Shown in pieces: positions 26,772 to 37,251 of a stretch of 64,000 nucleotides of DNA. The DNA comes from Candidatus Eiseniibacteriota bacterium (GTDB lineage Bacteria > Eisenbacteria > RBG-16-71-46 > CAVPCR01). The notes below the pieces were generated by a model. That model searched no databases and had not been told where the DNA came from. It saw only the letters and a program-made list of their open reading frames with translations. The stretch covers positions 1,480,435 through 1,544,434 of the forward strand of contig CAVPCR010000001.1 in NCBI GenBank assembly GCA_963702435.1, read 5' to 3'. The stretch's first letter is position 1; the number at the start of each line of letters is the position of its first letter. A program made the position numbers and the translations under genes.

Positions 26772-29645
26772 ATGAAAGCCAAGCACATCTGCCGCCTGGT
26801 CGGTCTCATGGCGATCCTCGGCGCCGGAAGCGCGCTCGCCGCTCCCGCGCCGCCGCTCAGCCCGGAGGAGGGCCGGAAGATCGCGCCGCTCCTCCGCGTG
26901 GCGGCGGAGCCGCTGTTCGACGCGAGCGCCAGCGCCGCGCCCGCCGGCGCCCCGGTCATCGCCACGCTCAGCCCGATGGCGGCCGCCCTCGGCGCCCGGA
27001 TCGAGGGCGGCGTCCCGGTCGCCGATCTCCTCTTCGCGATCGAGACTGGCGGCGCGCAGTCCCTCGCCGCGCTCGGCATCACGGTGGACGCGGTGGTCGG
27101 CCCGGTCGCCACCGCGCGCGCGGTGCCGCTCGCGCTCGTGGACGATCTGGCGCGGCGGCCTGAGATCACGCGCCTCGAGCCCGCGAGCCGTCGCTTCCCG
27201 ATGAACGACGTGAGCGTACCCGACACCGGCGCTCCGGGCGTGTGGTCCGAGTTCGGAGCCACCGGGCGCGGCGTCGTCGTCGGCGTTGTCGACACCGGCA
27301 TCGACGTCAACCATCCCGACTTCAGGAACGCGGACGGCACGACCCGCATCAAGTTCCTCCTCGACCTGAGCCAGCCGGGGAGCGGACCTTACGGCGGCAC
27401 CCTCTTGACCGCTGCCGACATCAATACTGGCGCCGTCTCGCAGGATGTGGTGGGCCATGGCACTCACATCACAGGGAGCGCCGCCGGCGGCGGGCGAGCC
27501 GACTCGAGCTTCCGCGGTATGGCCCCCGAGGCCGATCTCGTCATCGTCAACGCCGATCGCACGCGGACAGGCGACTTCACGAGCGCTGACATCGTGAACG
27601 GGCTCTCTTTCATCGACCAGAAGGCGGCCGAACTCGGTGCGCCGTACGTCGCCAATCTGAGTCTTGGCGGCCACACCGGCGCCCATGATGGTTCGGCGCT
27701 CGAGGAGGTCGCGATCGACAACCTCTGCCGCGCCGGAAAGGCGGGCAAGGCCATCGTGATCGCCGCCGGCAACGAGCGCGACGATCCCCCACGACACGCG
27801 GCGGGAGATCTGCAGAGCGGCTCCGAGATCCGTTTCACCATCTCCAACTACACCCCGGAGCCCGGCAGCCAGAACGATTTCGTCCTCATCAACATGTGGT
27901 ACGAGACGTTCTCTGGCTTCTCGGTCACTCTGATCACACCGAACGACATCGCAATCGGACCGTTCGCTCCCGGCGGATCGAACGGCGCGAGCGGCGACTT
28001 CACCGGGGACGGCGTGATCGGAATCCAGAATGCGGTGAGCGGCGCCGATCCCGCCAATGGGGACTTCCAGTGCAGCATCATTGTGATCGATGCCGGCGGC
28101 GTGGTGCCCATGCCGGGGCAATGGCGCGTTCGGATCGAGGGTGACGCCGGCCCGTTCGATGCCTACATCGCAGCCGGCACCATCGGGGCGCGCTTCACCA
28201 ACTTCGTGCCCCCGACTGGCTTCGTGGCCGAGCCGGGGACCGCACGCAATGCGATCACGGTAGGCGCCTACATGACGAAGATCGAATGGGATGACAAGGA
28301 CCTGAACCACTTCGATCTGCGACAGCTCGGCTTCCCGAACGCCGTGTTCGGCGTCATCGCGCCGCTCTCCAATGCGGGGCCCACGCGCGACGGACGCATC
28401 AAGCCTGAGCTCGTCGCCCCGGGGCAGGAGATCGGCTCCTGCTTCTCGAGCGATGCGCCGCCTGGATCCGCCGCCTCGAGCTTCACCTCGCCTTTCCCGG
28501 ATGACTACCCGAACATGTTCATCCTCGCCGGCGACAGCTACGCGATCCAGCAGGGTACGAGCCAGGCCACCCCCCATGTCGCCGGAGCGGTGGCCCTCCT
28601 CTTCGAGCTCCATCCCGACTGGGACATCATCGACGTGAAGCGAGCGCTCACCAGCACCGCCCGCGCCGACGCCTTCACCGGCGTTCTCCCCAACAATCTC
28701 TACGGCTACGGGAAGCTCGATGTCTTGAGCGCGGTGCGCGCCGCGGCACCGGACACGATCATCGCGGGCGATGTGGACGGGAACGATCTCCTCGAGGTCG
28801 CCGATGTGCTCCTCGCCCTCGACTTCGTGCTCGCGGTCCAGGAGCCGAGCGCCGAGGAGCTGGCACGGGCCGACTTGAACGCGGACGCGCGCCTGGACGT
28901 GGGCGATCTCGTTCTCATTGTGCGCGCAGTCGCCGCCGGTGCGAGGCCCGCCGCCGAGCCGGCCGCGCCAGCCGGCAGCGAAACGTGGGTCCTGCCGATC
29001 GCGATCGCCGCGGAGAAGCCGGTCGTGGCGGTCGAACTCATCCTGGCGCACGCGGCCGGTGCGATCGGCGTGACGCCCCTTGGCGGATCGGCCCGGAGCG
29101 CGCGCGCCGGCGTCCTTGCCGCCGGCGCCGCACGCGACCGCGCGGGCACGACGCACCTCCTCGCCCTCGCCGTCGACGGCCGCTCGCTCGCGGGCGGCGA
29201 ACCTGTGATCCTGCTTCCACTTGCCTTGCCGGCGGGCGATGACCCGGCCGCAGCCATGGTCCCGCTCCGGATCGATCTCATCGGCCCCGGCGGCACACGC
29301 GTCGCGGGAGACGCCGTCCTCGGCGCCCCGGAGCGCGCCTCGCCGGCGAGCGCCGCCCCGGCAGTTCTCGCAGTATGGCCGGTCGCGCCGAATCCATTTG
29401 CGAGCCCGGCCCGCATCGCCTTCACGGTGCCCGGCAGTGAAAATCGGCGGGTTACCGTCGGAATCTACGACGTGAGCGGGCGGCTCGTGGCCGCGCTCGC
29501 CGACGACTTGCGCGCCCCGGGCCGGCACGAGGTGACCTGGGACGGCCGGGGCTCGAGCGGCCGGCCGCTTGCTGCGGGCATCTACTGGGCGCGTGTCACC
29601 GCGGGCCACGAGAGCGCCTCGGCCCGGCTGACGGTGGTGCGATGA
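26772..29645 (+). CDS. S8 subtilase with dockerin and FlgD-Ig/T9SS-like C-terminal domain
   Basis: VDTGID, HGTH, GTSQATPH; GDVDGND...ADLNADARLDVGD; PNPF...IYDVSGRLV...WDG. Confidence 0.9.
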   Translation: MKAKHICRLVGLMAILGAGSALAAPAPPLSPEEGRKIAPLLRVAAEPLFDASASAAPAGAPVIATLSPMAAALGARIEGGVPVADLLFAIETGGAQSLAALGITVDAVVGPVATARAVPLALVDDLARRPEITRLEPASRRFPMNDVSVPDTGAPGVWSEFGATGRGVVVGVVDTGIDVNHPDFRNADGTTRIKFLLDLSQPGSGPYGGTLLTAADINTGAVSQDVVGHGTHITGSAAGGGRADSSFRGMAPEADLVIVNADRTRTGDFTSADIVNGLSFIDQKAAELGAPYVANLSLGGHTGAHDGSALEEVAIDNLCRAGKAGKAIVIAAGNERDDPPRHAAGDLQSGSEIRFTISNYTPEPGSQNDFVLINMWYETFSGFSVTLITPNDIAIGPFAPGGSNGASGDFTGDGVIGIQNAVSGADPANGDFQCSIIVIDAGGVVPMPGQWRVRIEGDAGPFDAYIAAGTIGARFTNFVPPTGFVAEPGTARNAITVGAYMTKIEWDDKDLNHFDLRQLGFPNAVFGVIAPLSNAGPTRDGRIKPELVAPGQEIGSCFSSDAPPGSAASSFTSPFPDDYPNMFILAGDSYAIQQGTSQATPHVAGAVALLFELHPDWDIIDVKRALTSTARADAFTGVLPNNLYGYGKLDVLSAVRAAAPDTIIAGDVDGNDLLEVADVLLALDFVLAVQEPSAEELARADLNADARLDVGDLVLIVRAVAAGARPAAEPAAPAGSETWVLPIAIAAEKPVVAVELILAHAAGAIGVTPLGGSARSARAGVLAAGAARDRAGTTHLLALAVDGRSLAGGEPVILLPLALPAGDDPAAAMVPLRIDLIGPGGTRVAGDAVLGAPERASPASAAPAVLAVWPVAPNPFASPARIAFTVPGSENRRVTVGIYDVSGRLVAALADDLRAPGRHEVTWDGRGSSGRPLAAGIYWARVTAGHESASARLTVVR

Positions 29646-29671
29646 GCGCGGCGGTCAAAGGAGAACGCGAG

Positions 29672-30184
29672 ATGAACACTCGAGTGTCGGCGGGGCGATG
29701 GCTACTCGCCCTGACGCTCGTCCTGGTCGCGTGCGGCGGGGACGATGGCGACAACGGCGGCCCGCCGGTGGCGCCGTCCGTGACCAACGTGCTCCGCATC
29801 CAGTCCGCCGAGGGCACGGCCGGGGGCACGGCGACCGTGAGCTTCCTCCTCGAGAACACGACGGCCCTGAGCGGACTCCAGTTCGACCTGGTCTTCAACC
29901 CGAGCCGGCTCACAGTGACCGGAGCCGCGCCAGGGCCGCGGGCAAACGGCTTCGATGCGTCGTTCAACACCGAGGCCGAGGTCGCGCGCGTCGTGCTTCT
30001 CGATCTCGACGACACCGCGCGCATCGCGGCCGGAGACGGGATCGTGGCCACGGTCACGGTCGCGATCGCGGCGTCTGCGCCGGCCGGAACCACGGGACTC
30101 CGCGTCGAGAACGCGACCGCGGCCAATGCTGCGGCCACCACCGTACCCCTCGGGAGCTCCGAGGGATCGCTCACCGTGCGCTGA
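29672..30184 (+). CDS. Cohesin-like domain lipoprotein
   Basis: Lipobox LVAC; GTAGGTATVSFLLEN..LSGLQFDLVFNP...GIVATVTV. Confidence 0.7.
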   Translation: MNTRVSAGRWLLALTLVLVACGGDDGDNGGPPVAPSVTNVLRIQSAEGTAGGTATVSFLLENTTALSGLQFDLVFNPSRLTVTGAAPGPRANGFDASFNTEAEVARVVLLDLDDTARIAAGDGIVATVTVAIAASAPAGTTGLRVENATAANAAATTVPLGSSEGSLTVR

Positions 30185-30194
30185 GGGTAGCGTC

Positions 30195-31511
30195 ATGATC
30201 GGCGCGATTCGGGTGCTCCTGGCCTCGGCGTTTCTCGTCGCCTGGTCGGCGCCCGCCGCCACCGCTGCCACAGCCGTCGTCGCCGCCGCCGCCCCGCCGG
30301 TCGAGCTCGCGGAGACGCGCCCGGTCGAGACCACACTTGGCAATCCGGCCCTGCCGGCGGCGCAGGCGGTCTGGCTCGACATGATCGCCGATGCCGAGAA
30401 GACACTCGACCTCGAGCACTTCTATCTCTCGCACTGGCCCGGCGAGCCGCTGGCCCCGATCCTCGACGCGCTTGGCGCCGCGGCCCGGCGCGGCGTGCGC
30501 GTGCGCCTGCTCCTCGACCGCGGCATGGCGGCCACCTATCCGTCGCCGGCCGATTCGCTCGGTCGCGTGCCGGGGATCGAGCTCCGGCTCGTCGACTTCC
30601 GAGCGCTCGCCGGCGGCGCGCAGCACGCGAAGGTCATCATCGCCGACCGCACCGTCGCGGATCGCGCCGCGGTCTTCGTCGGCAGCCCGAACCTCGACTG
30701 GCGCGCGCTCAAGCACATCCACGAGCTGGGCGTACGGGTCCGCGACCCGCACCTCGCCGCGGCGTTCGGCGGCGTGTTCGACATGGACTGGGCCGCGGCC
30801 GACACGCTCGCGGCGCCGGAGGCGCGGGCGGCGGCGATCGACTTGGCGAAGGCGAGCGCACGCGCCGCCGCGGCGCGCGCGCCCTACTCCGTGCTGCAGG
30901 CGCCGGGCGACACCGTGCGCATCGTCCCCGGGTGGAGCCCGCTCGCCGCCATCCCCGACACGACGCACTGGGACCGCACCCGGATCGCGGATCTCATCGC
31001 CGGCGCGCGCCGGGAGATCGCGATCCAGCTCCTCAACTACGGCATCGAGGGCCGCGGCGGGCGCGACTCGACGATCGACGATGCGCTCCGGGGCGCGGCC
31101 GCGCGCGGCGTGCGCGTGCGCCTCCTCGTCTCCGACTGGCAGGCGGGCGGCAGGGGCATGGCGGCCACGCAGTCCCTCGCCCGGGTGCCGAACATCGCCG
31201 TCAGGATGATGACCATCCCCGAATGGAGCGGCGGGTACATCCCGTACGCCCGGGTCCAGCACACGAAGTTCATGGCGGTGGACGGCGAGGCGGTGTGGAT
31301 CGGCACCGCGAACTGGGATCCGAGCTACTGGTCGGCCTCGCGCAACCTGTCGGTGACGCTCTGGAACAAGCCGCTGGTCGCCGCCGTCATAACCTCGTTC
31401 GAGCGCTCGTGGGGCGACCCGGGGGCGGCGCCGATCGACCCCGCGCGCACCTACGAGGCGAAGATCCGCGGCGCGACCCCGCCTCCCGGCAAGACGGCGT
31501 ACGGGAGGTAG
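30195..31511 (+). CDS. Exported phospholipase D family protein
   Basis: Two HKD motifs: HAKVIIAD, HTKFMAVD. Confidence 0.9.
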   Translation: MIGAIRVLLASAFLVAWSAPAATAATAVVAAAAPPVELAETRPVETTLGNPALPAAQAVWLDMIADAEKTLDLEHFYLSHWPGEPLAPILDALGAAARRGVRVRLLLDRGMAATYPSPADSLGRVPGIELRLVDFRALAGGAQHAKVIIADRTVADRAAVFVGSPNLDWRALKHIHELGVRVRDPHLAAAFGGVFDMDWAAADTLAAPEARAAAIDLAKASARAAAARAPYSVLQAPGDTVRIVPGWSPLAAIPDTTHWDRTRIADLIAGARREIAIQLLNYGIEGRGGRDSTIDDALRGAAARGVRVRLLVSDWQAGGRGMAATQSLARVPNIAVRMMTIPEWSGGYIPYARVQHTKFMAVDGEAVWIGTANWDPSYWSASRNLSVTLWNKPLVAAVITSFERSWGDPGAAPIDPARTYEAKIRGATPPPGKTAYGR

Positions 31512-31746
31512 CCGCCCGCGGTCGCAACCGAGCGCCGGGCGAGAGCTTCCGGCGCGCCGCGCACCCGCGGCCGTCCACCGCCCGCCCGCCGTGCTGGCCG
31601 CTTCTCCCCGGGCGGGATATGCTGTAGAGTGCCGGGCGTTCCGGTGTCTCCCACGCCACATCGCCGGGACGCCCCACGAGTCGGAAGGATCCGGCTCTCC
31701 CGATCTCCCGATCCCCCGAACCGCCGTGCGGCGGAATGAGGAATTC

Positions 31747-34700
31747 ATGCATCGCTCGACGCTGCCGCGCGCCTTGCGCCTGGCCGGAGGCCCCGCCCTC
31801 GCTCTCGCCGCCTTCCTGCTCCACGCGCTCGCCGGCGGCGACGCGCTCCAGGTCGCCGCGTCCACCCGCGCGCTCGCGACGGCACCGCTTCCGGCCTCCA
31901 CACCACCGCCGCCCGCGCGCGGCGCAACGGGCATGCTGGGCGCGACCGGCGACTGGATCGCTGTCGCCGGACGCGGCCGCACCTCACCCGAACCCGCCGC
32001 CGCGCCGACCCGCATTGCGCTCGCGAACGGCATCTCTTTCGACACGCGCGACGGCGAGCCGCCGCTCCCGGCGGATCTCCGCTCGCCGGGCGCACCCGGC
32101 GCCGGCGGGTACTACCTGGTGCAGTTCACCGGCCCGATCGAGGAGCGCTGGAAGGAGGACCTCGCCGCACTCGGCGGGCGCATTCACGCCTATCTCCCGA
32201 GCTACGCCTTCCTCGTGTATCTCCCGGCGGACGCCGCCGCGCGCGCTGAGCGGCTCCCGGCGGTCGGCTGGATCGGCGCCTATCATCCGGCGTACAAGCT
32301 CTCCGCTGCGCCCGAGATGGCCCCGGGCCGCAGCGGCGACATCTACACGCTCCTCGTCTTCGCCGGCGACGACCCCGACCCGGTCGCCTCTCGCATCGCC
32401 GCGCTCGGCGGCACCGTGCTCGAGCGCTCGCGCGGCCGGAACCAGCTCATCCGCTTCGCGGCCGCGAGCGACATCCTGCCGGCGCTCGCCCAGGAGACGG
32501 CGGTCGCCTGGATCGAGCCCTGGCACGCGCCGCGCCTCGACAATGCGAGCGCGCAGTGGGTGGTGCAGACCTGGATCAACGGGAACCGCCGCATCTGGGA
32601 CCAAGGCATTCGCGGCGAGGGCCAGATCCTGTCCACGACCGACTCCGGGATCCGCACCTCGCACAACATGTTCCGCGACGGGGCGGTGCCCATCACGACC
32701 TACGGGCAGTACCCGACCCATCGCAAGCTCCTCGCTTACGTGAAGGCGAGCGAGGACACGCGCATCACCTTCGGCGACGCATCGGGACACGGCACGCACA
32801 CGGCCGGCACCGTGTGCGGCGACGACTCGCCGATCGCGAGCGATCCCCGCGACGGCATGGCGCTCAAATCGCAGCTCTACTTCTGCGACGGCGGCGGGAC
32901 CGACCCCACCGCCATCTACGTCCCGGTGGATCTGAACGACCTCCTCATCCTGCCCTACACCGGCAACGCAGCCGGCGGCGCCCGCATCATGTCGAACTCG
33001 TGGAGCTCGGCGGTCGCCGGCGACTACGACTTCCAGGCGATGACCGTCGACCAGTTCATGTGGGAGCACAAGGACTTCCTCCCCTTCTTCGCCAACGGCA
33101 ACCTGGGCGGAACAGGAGAAGTGGGGAGCCCGGCGACGGCCAAGAACTGCGTCTCGGCCGGCGGCACCGGGAACGGCTCGAACGCCAACGTCCTCTATGG
33201 ATCGACCTCCGGCGGTCCTGCCGACGACGGCCGGCGGAAGCCGACGATCTGCGCCCCCGCCGATAACGTGACGAGCGCGTACAGCTCCGGCGACGCTTCG
33301 TACGTCTCGTTCTCCGGCACGAGCATGGCCACACCGGCCATGGCCGGCGCCACCGCGCTCATGCGCCAGTACGTGACCGAAGGCTGGTACCCGACCGGAA
33401 CCAAGGTGCCCGCCAACGGCTTCACGCCGTCGGCGGCGCTGCTCAAGGCGATGGCGGTCAACTCGGGTGACAACTCGGTCTCGGGCCACACCATTCCGTC
33501 GAACTCGATCGGCTGGGGGCGGGTCCTCACCGACAACGTGCTCTACTTCGCCGGCGACCAGCGCCAGACGGCGCTCGTCGACTACACGGCCGGGCTCCTG
33601 ACCGGCGAGTACATCGAGTTCGCGATCGAGGTGGCCAGCGGCGCCGTCCCGTTCGAGGCCACGCTCGTCTGGACCGACTATCCCTCGACGCCGGCGGCCG
33701 CGCAGAACCTGGTCAACGATCTCCATGTCACCGCCACCGAGCCGGGGGGCGCCGTCTATCGCGGAAACGTCTACTCGGGCGGCCAGTCGGCGACCGGCGG
33801 CACCGCCGACACGATCAACGTCGAGGAGTGCGTGCAGCGGAACGCCCCGGCGGCCGGGACCTGGATCCTCCGTGTCGATGCCGCCAATATTGCCTTCGGA
33901 CCGCAACCTTTTGCGCTGGTGGTGACGGGCGGGTTCGCCAGCGGCTTCGCCGTGCTCGAGCTCGATCGGCCGACCTACGGCGCGACCGACGTGATCAACA
34001 TCCAGGTCGCGGATGCCAACGCCGCCCTACCGCTCACGGTGAGCGTCACCTCGACCACCGAGACTTCACCCGAGACGGTGAGTCTCGCCGGCGGGAGCGG
34101 GCTCTTCACCGGCGCGCTCCCCATCTCGCTCGTCGCCCCGCTCGCCGACGGACTCCTTCAGGTGTCCGACGGCGACACGATCACGGTGACCTATCTCGAC
34201 GCGGCGCCGATCGTGGCGCGGGCCGCCGTCAACCTGAGCGGACCGGTCATCACCGCGGTCCACGCCGGGAACCAGAGCCAGGAGGGAGCGACCATCACCT
34301 GGCTCACGTCCGCCCCGGCCAGCTCCCAGGTCTTCTATGGCACGACCCCGGCGCTCGGTTCCGAGACGCCACTCGATCCGACCCTCGTCACCTCGCATGC
34401 GGCGAGCATCACCGGGCTCCTGCCGAGCCAGACCTACTTCTTCGACGTCGAGTCGGTGGACAGCCAGGGCAACGCCGTGCGCGACAACCTGGGCGGCCCC
34501 CACTACACATTCACGACCGACACGCGGCGGGACGTGCTGGTCGTCATCAGCGACGACTCCTTCGACAAGAAGGGCTACTACGAGAGCGCACTCGGCGCGC
34601 GCGGCTGGTCCTACTCGACCTGGGAGGGCGTGCTCGCGAATCCGCCGCGCCTCGGCAATCTCGAGCAGGGCCTCCGCTCGTTCAAGGCGGTCGTGTGGCA

Positions 34701-36219
34701 AGCCGGGCTCGAGCAGTACCCGGTGATCACCGATGCGGCGCGGGACACGCTCGCCGCGTTCAACGCGGGCGGCGCGCGCTGGACCATCTTCTCGCACGAC
34801 GTGGCCTGGGACTTCTCGGACCCGTCCTCCCCCGACTACTCGGCTGCCCGGCGGAGCTGGTTCGAGAACGAGCTCAAGGCGATCTGGCAGGCGGACCCGG
34901 CCTCCTGGAGCCTGGTCCGCGGGATCGCCGGCGATCCGGTGAGCGGCGCCTACACCGGCGGGGTTCCCTACGCGCCGCACCGCTCCGGGGCCGCGGGCGA
35001 CGAGGTCAATCCCAACTCCGCGGGCGGAACCGCGATCGCCTCCTGGCAGAACAACGACTCATCGCCCGACGACATCGCGATCCGCTTCACCGGCTCCGGG
35101 CCGGCCGGCCAGCCGGCGACCGCGGTGTGGGGCGGGCAGCCGACCAGGATCGCCGCCAATTTCTTCGAGTGGGCGCAGATCAACGCCACCGTTCCCGACG
35201 ATGTGACGCGCACCGACATCCTCGACAGGACGCTCATCTGGCTCATCGGGCACGATCATCCCGATGTCGCGGTCTCCGCGCCGAACGGCGGCGAGACCTT
35301 CTCGAGCGGGCCCATCCCGATCACCTGGACCGAAGCGGCGGCCGGCGGGCAGTCGATCGCGTCGCGGGCGATCTACGTGAGCTCGAACGGCGGCCAGTCC
35401 TGGGGCCTCGTCACCGGCGCGCCCGGACCCTCGCCCTACAGCTGGAATCCGGCGGGCTACCCCAACAGCAATCGGTACCGCATCCGCGTCCAGGTGACCG
35501 ACGACGGGTCGCCCGTCCTCGGCGGCCGGGACGACTCGAACGCGGACTTCGCGATCGCCTTGCCGGGCGGGGATCTCCTCGGGCCGATCGTGGTCGCTGG
35601 ATCGATCGCGGTCCTGCCGCTGCCGGTGCGCGGCGCCGAGCCCGCGCTGCTCTCCGCCACCGTGAGCGAGGCGCTCACCGGCGGCTCGACGGTGGCCGCG
35701 GCCGAATGGTCCTTCGGAACCTCGCCGGCGCCCGCGGGAACCGGGACGCCGATGACCGGCTCCTTCGGCGCGGTGATCGTGAACGTCCAGGCGACCATCC
35801 CCCCCGGAACCCTCACCGCCGGCACCGTGCGGCTCTGGGTGCGGGGCCGCGACACCAAGGGGGCCTGGGGCCCCGCGTCGAGCTTGCTCGTGCCCGTGAA
35901 CGGCGGGGCGACGGCCGTGGATGGAAACGCAGCGCCGGTCCTTCGCTTCGGCCTCGAGCAGAACACGCCGAATCCCTTCAACCCGGCCACCACGATCCGC
36001 TTCTCGCTCGCCGCGGAGTCCGCGGTGCGACTCGACGTCTTCGACGTCACCGGGCGACTCGTGCGGACGCTGGCCGATGGCCGCCTGGCGGCGGGCGCGC
36101 ACGCGGTCGCGTGGGACGGCCGCGACCGGCGCGGCGGGCGCGTGGCGAGCGGTATCTACCTCTACCGGCTGATCACGCCGGCGGAGCGGGCCGAGCGGAA
36201 GATGGTGCTCCTCCAGTAG
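31747..36219 (+). CDS. Large S8 subtilase with FN3-like, Ig-like and FlgD-Ig/T9SS-like domains
   Basis: TDSGI, HGTHTAG, GTSMATP; PNPFNPATTIRFSL...SGIYLYRL. Confidence 0.9.
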   Translation: MHRSTLPRALRLAGGPALALAAFLLHALAGGDALQVAASTRALATAPLPASTPPPPARGATGMLGATGDWIAVAGRGRTSPEPAAAPTRIALANGISFDTRDGEPPLPADLRSPGAPGAGGYYLVQFTGPIEERWKEDLAALGGRIHAYLPSYAFLVYLPADAAARAERLPAVGWIGAYHPAYKLSAAPEMAPGRSGDIYTLLVFAGDDPDPVASRIAALGGTVLERSRGRNQLIRFAAASDILPALAQETAVAWIEPWHAPRLDNASAQWVVQTWINGNRRIWDQGIRGEGQILSTTDSGIRTSHNMFRDGAVPITTYGQYPTHRKLLAYVKASEDTRITFGDASGHGTHTAGTVCGDDSPIASDPRDGMALKSQLYFCDGGGTDPTAIYVPVDLNDLLILPYTGNAAGGARIMSNSWSSAVAGDYDFQAMTVDQFMWEHKDFLPFFANGNLGGTGEVGSPATAKNCVSAGGTGNGSNANVLYGSTSGGPADDGRRKPTICAPADNVTSAYSSGDASYVSFSGTSMATPAMAGATALMRQYVTEGWYPTGTKVPANGFTPSAALLKAMAVNSGDNSVSGHTIPSNSIGWGRVLTDNVLYFAGDQRQTALVDYTAGLLTGEYIEFAIEVASGAVPFEATLVWTDYPSTPAAAQNLVNDLHVTATEPGGAVYRGNVYSGGQSATGGTADTINVEECVQRNAPAAGTWILRVDAANIAFGPQPFALVVTGGFASGFAVLELDRPTYGATDVINIQVADANAALPLTVSVTSTTETSPETVSLAGGSGLFTGALPISLVAPLADGLLQVSDGDTITVTYLDAAPIVARAAVNLSGPVITAVHAGNQSQEGATITWLTSAPASSQVFYGTTPALGSETPLDPTLVTSHAASITGLLPSQTYFFDVESVDSQGNAVRDNLGGPHYTFTTDTRRDVLVVISDDSFDKKGYYESALGARGWSYSTWEGVLANPPRLGNLEQGLRSFKAVVWQAGLEQYPVITDAARDTLAAFNAGGARWTIFSHDVAWDFSDPSSPDYSAARRSWFENELKAIWQADPASWSLVRGIAGDPVSGAYTGGVPYAPHRSGAAGDEVNPNSAGGTAIASWQNNDSSPDDIAIRFTGSGPAGQPATAVWGGQPTRIAANFFEWAQINATVPDDVTRTDILDRTLIWLIGHDHPDVAVSAPNGGETFSSGPIPITWTEAAAGGQSIASRAIYVSSNGGQSWGLVTGAPGPSPYSWNPAGYPNSNRYRIRVQVTDDGSPVLGGRDDSNADFAIALPGGDLLGPIVVAGSIAVLPLPVRGAEPALLSATVSEALTGGSTVAAAEWSFGTSPAPAGTGTPMTGSFGAVIVNVQATIPPGTLTAGTVRLWVRGRDTKGAWGPASSLLVPVNGGATAVDGNAAPVLRFGLEQNTPNPFNPATTIRFSLAAESAVRLDVFDVTGRLVRTLADGRLAAGAHAVAWDGRDRRGGRVASGIYLYRLITPAERAERKMVLLQ

Positions 36220-36576
36220 GACCCGCGGCCGGGCGGAAGGAGCGCGCCGGGAAGGATGGCGAGGGTCCGGCGCGACGCCGGCCGGGGGCGGGATCTCCTG
36301 CAGTGGCCCGCCCGAACTCTTCGACCGGGGCGGGCCGTCGGACCCCTTAAGGGGAGTGGTGATTCCAGGCCCGGGGGAAGTGGGGACATCCCAGGGCAGG
36401 GGGATGGGAAAAGGTCAGGCCCGGCTTACCGAAGGGCCTGCGGCCAGTCGACCCTCCGAAAGCCGGGCCTTTCCCAGCGGCCAGCTGGAGCGGCCTCACC
36501 AACTCCAAGCGGCATTCTCGTTTCTTTTCCGGTGTTTTTCCATAAGCAAGTTTCTGTGCCGATATAGGGAAATTCC

Positions 36577-37251
36577 CTAGTCCGGCTCGGGGGGTCCGAC
36601 GTCCCCCTCATCCGTTGCCAGGAGGACTATCCGAACAAGCTCCGGGATCGTCGTCACCTGCATCTTGCGGAGGATGTTCGCGCGGTGGACATCACAGGTC
36701 TTCTTCGCCATTCCCAGATCAGCCGCGATGGCCTTCACCGGCGCACCGCGGACCAGCTGCTCGCAAACCTGCCGCTCGCGACGAGTCAGGCCGGCGAGGA
36801 GACGGCGCGCTTCCTCGCGCCGGGCGGCCCGGTCCCTCGCCTTGCGGTCCTTCTCCAGCGCCTTGTGAATCGTGGCGAGGAGCTCCTGGCTCGAGAACGG
36901 CTTCTCGAGGAAGTGCAGGGCGCCGGCTCTGAGGGCCCGCGTAGCGGTGCTCACTTCGCCTTGCCCGCTGATGAAGATGATCGGAAGGCGGCAGCCTTTC
37001 TCCGCCAACCGCTCCTGTAGCTCGAGCCCGCTCAGTCCCGGCATGCGCAGGTCGAGGACGAGGCATCCCGGCCGTTCCGGCGTGCAGACTGCGAGGAACT
37101 CCAGCGCGGAGGGATAGGTCTCGACCGGCAGCCCGTCCGTCTCGATGAGGAGCTGGAGCGACTTGCGCACGCCCGCGTCGTCATCGACCACGAAGACGGT
37201 CGGGACGGTCTCATTCTCGGGCTCGGGCGCCCTGCCGGCACGGGGACTCAT
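36577..37251 (-). CDS. FixJ/LuxR-family response regulator
   Basis: VFVVDDD, LDLRMPGLSG, FLEKPF, LTRRERQV, HRANILRK. Confidence 0.93.
   Translation of the reverse strand: MSPRAGRAPEPENETVPTVFVVDDDAGVRKSLQLLIETDGLPVETYPSALEFLAVCTPERPGCLVLDLRMPGLSGLELQERLAEKGCRLPIIFISGQGEVSTATRALRAGALHFLEKPFSSQELLATIHKALEKDRKARDRAARREEARRLLAGLTRRERQVCEQLVRGAPVKAIAADLGMAKKTCDVHRANILRKMQVTTIPELVRIVLLATDEGDVGPPEPD

Noticed and set aside
36545..36562. Sigma54 promoter on the minus strand
   Set aside because: GG-to-GC spacing is 11 rather than 10, and it would point into the 3' end of a convergent gene.
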